Positions 51,058 through 59,349 of a stretch of DNA of 64,000 nucleotides are shown one piece after another (positions within the stretch are counted from its first letter, which is position 1; each line of letters begins with the position of its first letter). The stretch comes from Gammaproteobacteria bacterium (GTDB lineage Bacteria; Pseudomonadota; Gammaproteobacteria; Steroidobacterales; Steroidobacteraceae). A program made the position numbers and the translations under genes. The DNA lies in assembly GCA_947452065.1 (NCBI GenBank), contig CANGBB010000005.1:12820-76819 (forward strand), given 5' to 3'. The notes beneath the pieces were generated by a model. It was not told where the DNA came from. It did not search any database and was given only the letters and a program-made list of their open reading frames with translations.

Positions 51058-52082
51058 AGAGCCTCGAATGCAGGGCTGAATGTTTCCATGTGAGTTGTGC
51101 CGCTACGCTGCACGAAGCGCGCTGCGATTCCGTGCTCGGCGGCAAAGCGTTGCCCGTCGGCGGCACCGAGCACGTTCAGTGCGGTTGAGATCGCATCGGC
51201 CGCCATGCAGACGGGATGCACGACGGTGACTCCGGCCAGACCGTGATGAATGGGTTCACCGCTACGCGGATCGATGGTGTGGCTTTGACGAACGCGCGTG
51301 CCGTCATGGCCCGAAGTGAAAAAGAAACGACGGTAGTCGCCCGAAGTGGCGACTGACAGACCGTGCAGCGCCAGAACAGTTTCCGATAGCTGCGCGCTGT
51401 CGTTTTCCGCTGCTGGCGGATTCTCGAGTCCAACCCACCACGGCTGGCCATCGGGCTTCATGCCCTGACCGCGCAGTTCGCCGCCGACTTCGACCAGTGC
51501 ATGCACGACGCCCTGTGCGTTCAACGCCTCCATGACAGCGTCGACTCCATAGCCCTTGGCGATGGCGGAGAAATCGAGATAGATCCCGCCGGGCTGGTAC
51601 ACGCGTCGCGTTGCAGCTTCGACTTCGACACGCTGCCAGCCCACGCGGCGTCTTGCGGCGGTCAGCGTCGCCTCGTCAGGGCGTTCGCCGGGAATACCGT
51701 TGGGTCCGAAGCCCCAGGCGTTGACCAGCGGACCGGAAGTGGGGTCATAGGCGCCGTGACTGGCTTCGGCCACTGCCAGCGCATGGCGCAACACATCGAA
51801 GCATTCATGAGGGAAGGTGTGCCAGGTGCCCGCTGCGGCGCTGTTATAGCGGCTCAAGTCCGAGTCCGTTTCCCAAGTGCTCATCTGGCTCACGATCCGA
51901 TCGAGCTGCGACTGGATGAGTGCAGGCAGAGCGCTGATGTCATTGTCCGCAGGCAACGCGCACCGGACCATCCAGGTCGTGCCCATCGTCAGACCCCGGA
52001 ACTCATGCACCACCGATCCGGCCGCAGGGACGGCAGGATCGATGTCATGGGGCGCCAGAACCCGGCGCGCCTGCGCGCTCAA
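51048..52082 (-). CDS. apbE: FAD:protein FMN transferase ApbE, no recognisable signal peptide
   Basis: GLTMGTTW, DLSRYN, IAKGYGVD and SGDYRRFF ApbE motifs. The N-terminus MSAQARRVLAPHDIDPAV has no hydrophobic segment. Confidence 0.88.
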   Translation of the reverse strand: MSAQARRVLAPHDIDPAVPAAGSVVHEFRGLTMGTTWMVRCALPADNDISALPALIQSQLDRIVSQMSTWETDSDLSRYNSAAAGTWHTFPHECFDVLRHALAVAEASHGAYDPTSGPLVNAWGFGPNGIPGERPDEATLTAARRRVGWQRVEVEAATRRVYQPGGIYLDFSAIAKGYGVDAVMEALNAQGVVHALVEVGGELRGQGMKPDGQPWWVGLENPPAAENDSAQLSETVLALHGLSVATSGDYRRFFFTSGHDGTRVRQSHTIDPRSGEPIHHGLAGVTVVHPVCMAADAISTALNVLGAADGQRFAAEHGIAARFVQRSGTTHMETFSPAFEALCK

Positions 52083-52092
52083 GACGGACCTG

Positions 52093-52716
52093 TCAGGGCT
52101 TGAGTGTCAGGCTGACCGCGCCCAGCTCGGTCTTGCCGTTGGTGCTCACGGTGGTGGCCTTGGTCACAGGCCAGTCAAAATCGACACGCACGGCTTCCAC
52201 CGCATGCTTGTTGGCGGCGCGCCCCCCTTCGCTGCGCTGCTGACCCGCCTGCTCGGAACCCATGCCGGCACCGCGCGGGCCCTTGACCTCGCGGGCTACC
52301 TCAACGATCAGCTGGTACTTGCCAGCTGGAAGATTACCCAGTGGTGCTTTGCCGCTACTGAACACCAGTTCGTGCGTGCCCGGGCCGCGTGTGGCGGCGG
52401 TGATGGCGTCGAGGGATTCCTGCGCGCCGCCACCGCTGGCCCGCCACCACTCGCGCAGTTCGTTGAGATAGCGGTCGCTCGGTGCGCCACCATCCTGTGC
52501 CGCGCCGCGCTTGGTCTTGTTCTTGTGCCACAGCAATAGCGAGCGAACATAGGTGTCATCGCTCTTTTCCAGGAAGACGGCCACATACGGCTTCTCGTAG
52601 TTGCCGCTGGCGACAGCCGGCAACTCCAGCTTGACGACCAAGTCAGTCGCCTGTGCGGGCATTGCCATAGCGGCACCGAGTGCCGTGCCCAGAACTGCCG
52701 TATGACTTTTGCGCAT
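52093..52716 (-). CDS. Exported DUF2271 protein carrying an ApbE-type flavinylation motif
   Basis: Sec signal MRKSHTAVLGTALGAAMAMPAQA. DAITAAT (52390-52410) fits the D-x-x-[ST]-[GA]-A-[ST] flavinylation motif. Confidence 0.75.
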   Translation of the reverse strand: MRKSHTAVLGTALGAAMAMPAQATDLVVKLELPAVASGNYEKPYVAVFLEKSDDTYVRSLLLWHKNKTKRGAAQDGGAPSDRYLNELREWWRASGGGAQESLDAITAATRGPGTHELVFSSGKAPLGNLPAGKYQLIVEVAREVKGPRGAGMGSEQAGQQRSEGGRAANKHAVEAVRVDFDWPVTKATTVSTNGKTELGAVSLTLKP

Positions 52717-52740
52717 GGCGCGAATCCCCTTACAGAAAGC

Positions 52741-53382
52741 TCAATGAATGAAAAGCAGTGCGATCAGCACCGGCACGAGAATGCCCAAGCCCACCAGCGG
52801 CCACGTGGCTGGCCGGTTGGACGCATGCATCTTCAGGATCAGCAGTCCGGTGATGGCAAACATCAGGCAGCCGACGGCGATCAGGTCAATGAACCACATC
52901 CAGGCCTGCCCGGCATGGCGCCCCTTGTGCAGATCGTTGAACAGCGCGACCCAGCCGCGGTCGGTGACCTGATAGCGCGCACCGCCATCGTGCAGATTGA
53001 TGCTGATCCAGCTGTTCATGCCGGGTCGCTCCATCGACAGGTAGAGCTCGCGCTCCGACCATTCCGCACTGGCTTGGCTGATGTCGGCACCGAAAGTCTT
53101 TTGCACCCAGTCCCTGAGTTCAACGGGGGTGTCCGGCGTGGAATCTTCATCGACCGCTTTCGCTGACAGGTCCACCAGTTGCTGCAGCAACGGGGCGGAG
53201 GCCGTGGCCTTGGCATCGCGGATCGTGGGCTTCGACTCAAGCTGGTCGGAGTGATTCAGTGTGAGGCCCGTGGCCCCGAACAGCAGCATGCCCAGCAGGC
53301 AGATCGCCGAGCTGATCCAGTGCCATTGATGCAGGGTTTTGAGCCAATAGGCGCGACGCGCGCTGGCAGTGGTGACGTTCAT
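52741..53382 (-). CDS. PepSY-associated TM helix protein
   Basis: LHQWHWISSAICLLGMLLFGATG and NDLHKGRHAGQAWMWFIDL, with TM helices flanking a periplasmic loop. Start is uncertain among 53382, 53433 and 53487. Confidence 0.7.
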   Translation of the reverse strand: MNVTTASARRAYWLKTLHQWHWISSAICLLGMLLFGATGLTLNHSDQLESKPTIRDAKATASAPLLQQLVDLSAKAVDEDSTPDTPVELRDWVQKTFGADISQASAEWSERELYLSMERPGMNSWISINLHDGGARYQVTDRGWVALFNDLHKGRHAGQAWMWFIDLIAVGCLMFAITGLLILKMHASNRPATWPLVGLGILVPVLIALLFIH

Positions 53383-53452
53383 GGAGGAGTCGAATTTTAC
53401 CCGCGTGGCGGCACAAGATTTGTCGAGATTCATCGACCGGTTGGACGAGGGG

Positions 53453-54076
53453 TCAGTGAATGAGCTGCAGCGCACGTCGCGCCGCATCCGGATCGGTCAG
53501 CACCACGAAAAGGATGCCGACTATGGCCCCACCTAGGTGGGCATCGTGATTGATGTGGTCGCGTACGAAGCGGCTGGCGTACAGGCTGTAGGCGAGGTAT
53601 CCGAGGGCGAACAACCACGCCGGCACGGGAATGGGCACGAACATCACGAATAGCGACTGCAAGGGGAAATACAGGATTGAGGCAAACAGCACTGCGAGTA
53701 TCGCGCCGGAGGCGCCGAGCGAGGCATAGCCCGGATTGTTGCGTTGGCGATAGACCGTACCCAGATCGCTGACCAGCAGGCCGGCCAGATAGAGCAGCGC
53801 GAAGCGCCCCGAGCCGATGCGTTGTTCGAGCTGCGGCCCGAAGGACCAGAGCGTCAGCGCGTTGAACAGCAGGTGGCTATAGGTGGCGTGCACGAAACCG
53901 CTGGTCAGCAGGGCATGGCGCTGGCGGCCGCGGGCTACCTGCCAGGGACGCAGCAGTCCGGCGTCGATCAGGCGTGGTGCAAAGCTGAGCCCCACAACCC
54001 CCACCACCACGATGACCAACAGCAGCACATCCACGACCGGGGTGCCGCCAGCCAGGGTTCTTGCAAGGCCCTCCAT
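53453..54076 (-). CDS. Rhomboid-family intramembrane serine protease
   Basis: HLLFNALTLWSFG, catalytic GASGAI and downstream HLGG, with six TM helices. Confidence 0.88.
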   Translation of the reverse strand: MEGLARTLAGGTPVVDVLLLVIVVVGVVGLSFAPRLIDAGLLRPWQVARGRQRHALLTSGFVHATYSHLLFNALTLWSFGPQLEQRIGSGRFALLYLAGLLVSDLGTVYRQRNNPGYASLGASGAILAVLFASILYFPLQSLFVMFVPIPVPAWLFALGYLAYSLYASRFVRDHINHDAHLGGAIVGILFVVLTDPDAARRALQLIH

Positions 54077-54178
54077 TCAGGCTCCGCTCACGGCACGCGA
54101 GCGCGCCGGCCCTGCAGTCGTTAACATGACGCGCATTTTTCGCTCCGCTTCCCACTCGCCGCCAGAGGCAGTCTGTAC

Positions 54179-55384
54179 ATGAGAACACCCCTCGAACGCA
54201 ATGTTTCCATCCCGACGTCGACCCGTTGGGCCGTTGCCGCGCTTTTGACCCTCACACTGGGTGCCTGTGGTGGTGGCAGTAGCGGCGGTATGCCGCCGGG
54301 AGCGCGCGGTGCGCCTGAGGTCATGGTCGTGACCTTGCAGACGCGGCCCGTACTGCTGCAGCGTGAACTGCCCGGGCGGGTTTCAGCGCGGCTGGTGGCC
54401 GAGGTACGCCCGCAGGTGGGTGGACTGGTGCGCAAGGTGCACTTCACCGAAGGCAGCGAGGTGCAGGCCGGACAGCTGCTCTATCAGCTGGACGATGCGC
54501 CGGCCCGCGCTGCGCTGGCTACGGCGACAGCCAACATGCAGCGTGCGGAAGCGGCGGCTGAAGGCGCGCGCAACAATGCACGTCGTGCGGGTGAACTGGT
54601 CAAGGCACACATGATCAGCATCCAAGACAACGACAATCTGCAGACGGCGTTGAAGCAGGCCGAGGCTGAGCTGGCCGCGGCGCAGGCGGCGCTGCAGAGC
54701 AGTCGTGTGAATCTCGATTTCACGCAGATCAAGGCACCGATCACCGGCCGCATCGGCAAGAGTGCGGTGACGGAAGGTGCGCTGGTGGTCGCCAATCAGG
54801 CAGCGCCGCTGGCAACGGTCCAGCAGTTGAGTTCAGTCTATGTCGATGTGACGCAGTCGAGCCGCGAGTGGCTGCAGTTGCGACGTGAGCTCGGCACAGG
54901 CGGGAAGGGTTCGAACGCAACGCGCCGTGTACTGCTGACATTGGAAGACGGCCAGCACTATGAACCGGCCGGAGAATTGCAGTTCGCGGATGTCACCGTC
55001 GATGCGGCCACCGGCAGTTTCCTGCTGCGCGCGCTGGTACCCAATCCTCGCGGATTGCTTTTGCCGGGCATGTTTGTGACGGCCACCATCGGCCAAGGAC
55101 AGCTCAGTGACGGTCTGCTCGCTCCACAGCAGGGGATCACCCGCGATGTGAAGGGCGGCGCCACGGCTCTGGTGGTGGGCGCCGATGGCAAGGTGGAACT
55201 GCGTGCGGTGACCGTGCTGCGTACCGTGGGTGACCAGTGGCTGGTTGGCAGCGGTTTGGCGGCCGGTGATCGCGTGATCGTCGAAGGCTTGCAGAAAGTG
55301 AAGCCTGGCATGAGCGTCCAGATTCGTGAAGCCGGTGCGCCCGCAGCGGGCGCCGCTGTCAGCGCACAGAAGCCGCAGGGCTGA
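54179..55384 (+). CDS. RND efflux periplasmic adaptor (AcrA/MexA family), lipoprotein
   Basis: Lipobox LTLTLGAC. Motifs resemble AcrA-type adaptors, e.g. LDFTQIKAPITGRIG and LPGMFV. Confidence 0.93.
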   Translation: MRTPLERNVSIPTSTRWAVAALLTLTLGACGGGSSGGMPPGARGAPEVMVVTLQTRPVLLQRELPGRVSARLVAEVRPQVGGLVRKVHFTEGSEVQAGQLLYQLDDAPARAALATATANMQRAEAAAEGARNNARRAGELVKAHMISIQDNDNLQTALKQAEAELAAAQAALQSSRVNLDFTQIKAPITGRIGKSAVTEGALVVANQAAPLATVQQLSSVYVDVTQSSREWLQLRRELGTGGKGSNATRRVLLTLEDGQHYEPAGELQFADVTVDAATGSFLLRALVPNPRGLLLPGMFVTATIGQGQLSDGLLAPQQGITRDVKGGATALVVGADGKVELRAVTVLRTVGDQWLVGSGLAAGDRVIVEGLQKVKPGMSVQIREAGAPAAGAAVSAQKPQG

Positions 55385-55393
55385 GGCTTCGCT

Positions 55394-58300
55394 ATGTCAC
55401 GCTTCTTCATCGACCGACCGATCTTTGCCTGGGTCGTCGCGCTCATAACGATGCTGGTGGGTGCGCTGTCCATCACGCGTCTGCCAATCACGCCTTATCC
55501 GACTATCGCACCGCCGTCGATTGCGGTGGCAGCGACTTTCCCCGGTGCCTCGGCGCAAGCCGTTGAGGAATCGGTGACGCAGATCATCGAGCAGAACATG
55601 ACCGCGCTCGACGGCCTGATCTATATGCAGGCCAACAGCCGCTCCAACGGTTCGATGACTCTGACGCTGACCTTCGCCAGCGGCACCAATCCCGATATCG
55701 CACAGATTCAGGTGCAGAACCGTCTGCAGGCGGTCATGCCGCTGTTGCCGCAGCTGGTGCAGCAGCAGGGTGTCAACGTCAGCAAGATCAACAACACGCA
55801 GATCATGGCCGTGGGCTTTTATTCGCCCGATGGCTCGATGAGTGCTGCGGACATCAGCGACTACATCGCCAACAATATTTACGACCAGGTGACGCGGGTC
55901 GAGGGTGTGGGCAGTGTGCGGCTCTACGGCGCCAGTTATGCCATGCGCATCTGGCTCGATCCCGACCGGCTGCGCGCTTACGGGCTGACGCCCAGTGATG
56001 TGATCACGGCGATCAACGCACAGAACGCACAGTTCTCGGTGGGCCAGCTCGGCGGCACGCCCGCCGTTCCGGGCCAGCAGATCAACGCCACGATCACAGC
56101 GCGCGGTCGCCTGCAGACCCCTGAGCAATTCGGCAATGTGGTCATTCGTGGCGGTGCCAGCGGTGCTGCGCTTCGCGTTCGCGACGTGGCCCGTGTCGAG
56201 CTCGGTGCCGCCGATTACAGCGTGACGGTTCACTACAACGGCGATCATGCAGCCAGCGGCGTTGGCATCTCGCTGGCAGTGGGTGCCAATGCGCTCGCCA
56301 CCAGCGAGCGCGTGCGCGCACTGATCGCCAAGCTGGAGCCCACTTTCCCGCCCGGTATCAAGGCCTTTATCCCGTTCGATACGACGCCCTATATCCGTCT
56401 GTCGATCGAGGAAGTCATCAAGACGTTGTTCGAGGCCATCGTGCTGGTGTTCGTCGTGATGTATCTCTTCCTGCAGAATCTGCGGGCAACACTCATTCCG
56501 ACAATCGCGGTGCCAGTGGTGCTGCTGGGTACTTTCCCGGTGCTGTTGTGGCTGGGCTTCTCGATCAACCTGCTGACCATGTTCGGTGTGGTGCTGGCCA
56601 TCGGCCTGTTGGTCGACGATGCCATCGTCGTCGTCGAGAACGTGCAGCGATTGATGGATGAAGAGCATCTGACGCCGCTGGAAGCCACGCGGCGCTCGAT
56701 GCAGCAGATCACCGGCGCCCTGATCGGCATCGGCACGGTGCTCTCGGCGGTGCTGCTGCCCATGGCGTTCCTGCAAGGCTCCACGGGCGTGATCTACCGC
56801 CAGTTCTCGGTGACCATCGTGACGGCGATGATTCTCTCCGTGCTGGTGGCCCTCACGTTGACGCCTGCGCTGTGTGCAACCCTGCTGCGTCCGGGCACAC
56901 ACGCTGCCGGCACGGATCGCGGCGGATTCCGCTGGTTCAACGATTTCTTCGACCGCCGTCGTCGTGCCTATGAGAGCACCGTGCAGCATCTGCTGCGGCG
57001 CGCGGGCCGTTACATGGTGCTGTACGGCGCGCTGGCGGCGATGATGGGTCTGCTTTTTGTGCGTCTGCCGACGGCGTTCCTGCCCGCTGAAGACCAAGGC
57101 TTCCTGTTCGTGCTCGTGCAGGCGCCGGTGGGCGCGACGCAGGAGCGCACCAACCGCGCGCTGGACCAGGTGCAGGCTTACTTCAAGACCGAGCCAGCGG
57201 TAGCCACTGTGTTCACCGTGCAGGGCTTTAGTTTCAGTGGTTCGGGACAGAATGCCGGCATTGGTTTCGTGCGACTGAAGGACTGGTCCGAACGGCACGG
57301 TGCTGATCAAAGCGTGACCGCCATCGTTGGTCGCGCCTTCGGCGCACTCAGTCGCGTCAAAGATGCACTGGTCTATGCGGTGGCGCCGCCGCCTCTCACA
57401 GAGCTGAGTTCCTACGGCGGCTTCGACTTCTTCCTCAAAGACATGAGTGGTGCCGGTCATGCCGCGCTGGTGGCGGCCCGCGGTCAGTTGCTTGGCATGA
57501 TGATGCAGAGCAAGCAGCTGGCCAATGTGCGGCCCAGCGGCTCTGAGGATGCGCCGCAGTTCCGTCTCGACATTGATGAAGCGCGCGCCGCATCGCTGGG
57601 CGTGTCCATGGCCGAGGTGAACAGCACACTGGGCATTGCCTGGGGCGGACGCTACGCGGACGACTTCATCGACCGCGGCCGTGTGAAGCGCGTGTACGTG
57701 CAGGCCGATGCGTCGTTCCGCATGAACCCCGAGGACCTGAATCGCTGGTACGTGCGCAGCACCACCGGCGGCATGGTGCCGCTGGCCAGCTTCGTCAGTG
57801 CTCACTGGGAATACGGAGCTCCGGAGCTGGTGCGCTTCAACGGTGTGTCGGCCACTGAGATCGGTGGCGAGGCTGCTCATGGCGTCAGTTCGGGCGAGGC
57901 CATGCAGGAGGTGGAGCGGCTGGTGTCGCAGCTCCCGGGCGGCTTCCGTCTCGAGTGGGCCGGCCAGTCCTACCAAGAGCGCGCCGCCGGTTCACAGACC
58001 CCGCTGCTATACACGCTGTCCTTGGTCGTGGTGTTCCTCAGTCTCGCTGCGCTGTACGAGAGTTGGAGCATCCCGGTGCCGATCCTGCTGTCAGTGCCGC
58101 TGGGCGTGATCGGCGCCGTGCTCGCCACGGCGTTGCGCGGCTACGAGCGTGACGTGTACTTCCAGGTCGCGATGCTGACCACCATCGGACTGGCGTGCAA
58201 GAACGCCATCCTGATCGTCGAGTTCGCCAAGCTGAACCGCGATGCGGGCATGGGGCTGGTCGAGGCGACGGTGCATGCGGCCCGCGACCGCCTGCGGCCG

Positions 58301-58519
58301 ATCCTGATGACCTCGTTTGCCTTCGGTTTCGGGGTGTTGCCGCTGGCCGTGGCCAGTGGGGCGGGCGCCGGTGCCCAAAGGGCCATCGGTACCGGGATCT
58401 TCGGGGGCGTCGTGGCCGGGACGCTGCTGGGCATCTTTTTCGTGCCGGTGCTGTTCGTCTTCCTGCAGCGCCTGATGGAGCGGCGCGGCCGACCCGGGCC
58501 GCCGCCGGGAGTTCCATGA
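55394..58519 (+). CDS. RND multidrug efflux permease (AcrB/MexB family)
   Basis: MSRFFIDRPIFAWVVA N-terminus, 1041 aa, 12-TM and two-loop architecture, VLAIGLLVDDAIVVVENV proton-relay motif. Confidence 0.96.
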   Translation: MSRFFIDRPIFAWVVALITMLVGALSITRLPITPYPTIAPPSIAVAATFPGASAQAVEESVTQIIEQNMTALDGLIYMQANSRSNGSMTLTLTFASGTNPDIAQIQVQNRLQAVMPLLPQLVQQQGVNVSKINNTQIMAVGFYSPDGSMSAADISDYIANNIYDQVTRVEGVGSVRLYGASYAMRIWLDPDRLRAYGLTPSDVITAINAQNAQFSVGQLGGTPAVPGQQINATITARGRLQTPEQFGNVVIRGGASGAALRVRDVARVELGAADYSVTVHYNGDHAASGVGISLAVGANALATSERVRALIAKLEPTFPPGIKAFIPFDTTPYIRLSIEEVIKTLFEAIVLVFVVMYLFLQNLRATLIPTIAVPVVLLGTFPVLLWLGFSINLLTMFGVVLAIGLLVDDAIVVVENVQRLMDEEHLTPLEATRRSMQQITGALIGIGTVLSAVLLPMAFLQGSTGVIYRQFSVTIVTAMILSVLVALTLTPALCATLLRPGTHAAGTDRGGFRWFNDFFDRRRRAYESTVQHLLRRAGRYMVLYGALAAMMGLLFVRLPTAFLPAEDQGFLFVLVQAPVGATQERTNRALDQVQAYFKTEPAVATVFTVQGFSFSGSGQNAGIGFVRLKDWSERHGADQSVTAIVGRAFGALSRVKDALVYAVAPPPLTELSSYGGFDFFLKDMSGAGHAALVAARGQLLGMMMQSKQLANVRPSGSEDAPQFRLDIDEARAASLGVSMAEVNSTLGIAWGGRYADDFIDRGRVKRVYVQADASFRMNPEDLNRWYVRSTTGGMVPLASFVSAHWEYGAPELVRFNGVSATEIGGEAAHGVSSGEAMQEVERLVSQLPGGFRLEWAGQSYQERAAGSQTPLLYTLSLVVVFLSLAALYESWSIPVPILLSVPLGVIGAVLATALRGYERDVYFQVAMLTTIGLACKNAILIVEFAKLNRDAGMGLVEATVHAARDRLRPILMTSFAFGFGVLPLAVASGAGAGAQRAIGTGIFGGVVAGTLLGIFFVPVLFVFLQRLMERRGRPGPPPGVP

Positions 58520-58551
58520 CTGAATTGTAATGCGCTGTACGAACAGTTCAC

Positions 58552-58579
58552 TTTACAAACGATTTGGTAGGTGTATTAT
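58552..58579 (+). promoter_or_regulatory. Sigma70-type promoter in the RND/zf-CHCC intergenic region
   Basis: TTTACA (58552-58557), 16 nt spacer, TATTAT (58574-58579). Confidence 0.55.
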
Positions 58580-58585
58580 GTGACC

Positions 58586-58690
58586 CATGGGCAGCGGCTG
58601 AGTTTCACTCGCCACTGCCCGTAAGTCGCGGAACAAGACCCCCCCGTTTCCGCGCAATACCTCAAGCCCCGCTCTGCGGGGCTTTTTTTT
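58586..58690 (+). ncRNA. Candidate small RNA, attenuator leader or 3'UTR element of about 105 nt
   Basis: Bounded by the promoter above and a strong terminator. Hairpin 1 pairs 58589-58597 with 58612-58620. Hairpin 2 pairs 58627-58633 with 58648-58654 and has a C7 loop (58639-58645). No credible ORF or Shine-Dalgarno sequence. Confidence 0.45.
58666..58690 (+). terminator. Rho-independent terminator
   Basis: GCCCCGC-tct-GCGGGGC followed by T8. Confidence 0.9.
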
Positions 58691-58750
58691 GCCCCGGATC
58701 AGTCTTACGAGGGGCATTTACCTATAATTGGCTCTGGAAACGGAGCTGAC

Positions 58751-58966
58751 ATGCAAACCCCGAACGCCGCCAACCACTACACCGTGACAGCGCAGGATCT
58801 GCCGCTGAGCTGCCCGATGCCGGGCATGAGCCTGTGGAATTCGCACCCCCGGGTGTACCTCCCGGTCGAAAAGACGGGCTGGGCCAAGTGTGGCTATTGC
58901 GGTGCCGAATACACACTGGCCGGCGGCGCCGCCGACCAGGGCGCCGCGCCCGCCGCTCACCGGTAG
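58751..58966 (+). CDS. Zinc-finger (zf-CHCC, NDUFS6-like) domain protein
   Basis: LSCPMP...HPRVYLP...KCGYCGAEY, a C-H-C-C pattern. GGAG Shine-Dalgarno sequence 8 nt upstream and a perfect TATAAT at 58723-58728. Confidence 0.8.
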   Translation: MQTPNAANHYTVTAQDLPLSCPMPGMSLWNSHPRVYLPVEKTGWAKCGYCGAEYTLAGGAADQGAAPAAHR

Positions 58967-59349
58967 GGGCGGTAGGACTTTTCCTCGACGATCTTCGAGC
59001 CCAGCAGCTGGTTGATGCGCTTCTTGATGCGGGCGCGTTCGTCGTTCTCGATGTAGACCGCGCGCGCCAGATCGATGAAGCGCTGGTCAAAGGACTGTGC
59101 CGCTTCCTGATCGCGGATACGGTCTTCAATGTCCCACAGGCGCGCATTCACCGCCTCCAGCGCCTTCTCTTCAGCGGCCAGTTCTGCGCTGGCTGTGATC
59201 GCCTCATCCCAGGTCCGCTGCAGGAGAGTCAGCTCGTGCCGCACATTGGCCAGCTTGGTCGCATCCTCGATGCGCGCGGACTTGATGCGCAGGATGGTGA
59301 TCTTATCCAGCAGTTCGCCGGGCGAAACAGGCGTCAGCAATTCTTTCAT
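58957..59349 (-). CDS. Small coiled-coil protein (DUF6165-like) co-transcribed with the GT9 gene
   Basis: 130 aa. ATGA overlap with the upstream GT9 stop. The family name is recalled from memory only. Confidence 0.6.
   Translation of the reverse strand: MKELLTPVSPGELLDKITILRIKSARIEDATKLANVRHELTLLQRTWDEAITASAELAAEEKALEAVNARLWDIEDRIRDQEAAQSFDQRFIDLARAVYIENDERARIKKRINQLLGSKIVEEKSYRPYR

Noticed and set aside
53383-53452. Fur box upstream of the PepSY/DUF2271/ApbE operon. GATGAATCTCGACAAATC was examined.
   Set aside because: It matches the GATAATGATAATCATTATC consensus poorly and cannot support iron regulation from sequence alone.
55397-57976. 859-aa ORF antisense to the RND permease. Similar long antisense ORFs occur at 1710-2927, 10803-11981, 17846-18949, 30140-31252, 35129-36592 and 59355-60365.
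   Set aside because: These are typical stop-codon-poor shadow frames of a GC-rich genome. The products are Arg/Ala/His-rich low-complexity sequence with no motifs, and each is fully covered by a strongly supported gene on the other strand.
58564-58749. 61-aa plus-strand ORF covering the candidate sRNA.
   Set aside because: It has no Shine-Dalgarno sequence, runs straight through a strong intrinsic terminator and T8 tract, and has an implausible Pro/Arg-rich composition.
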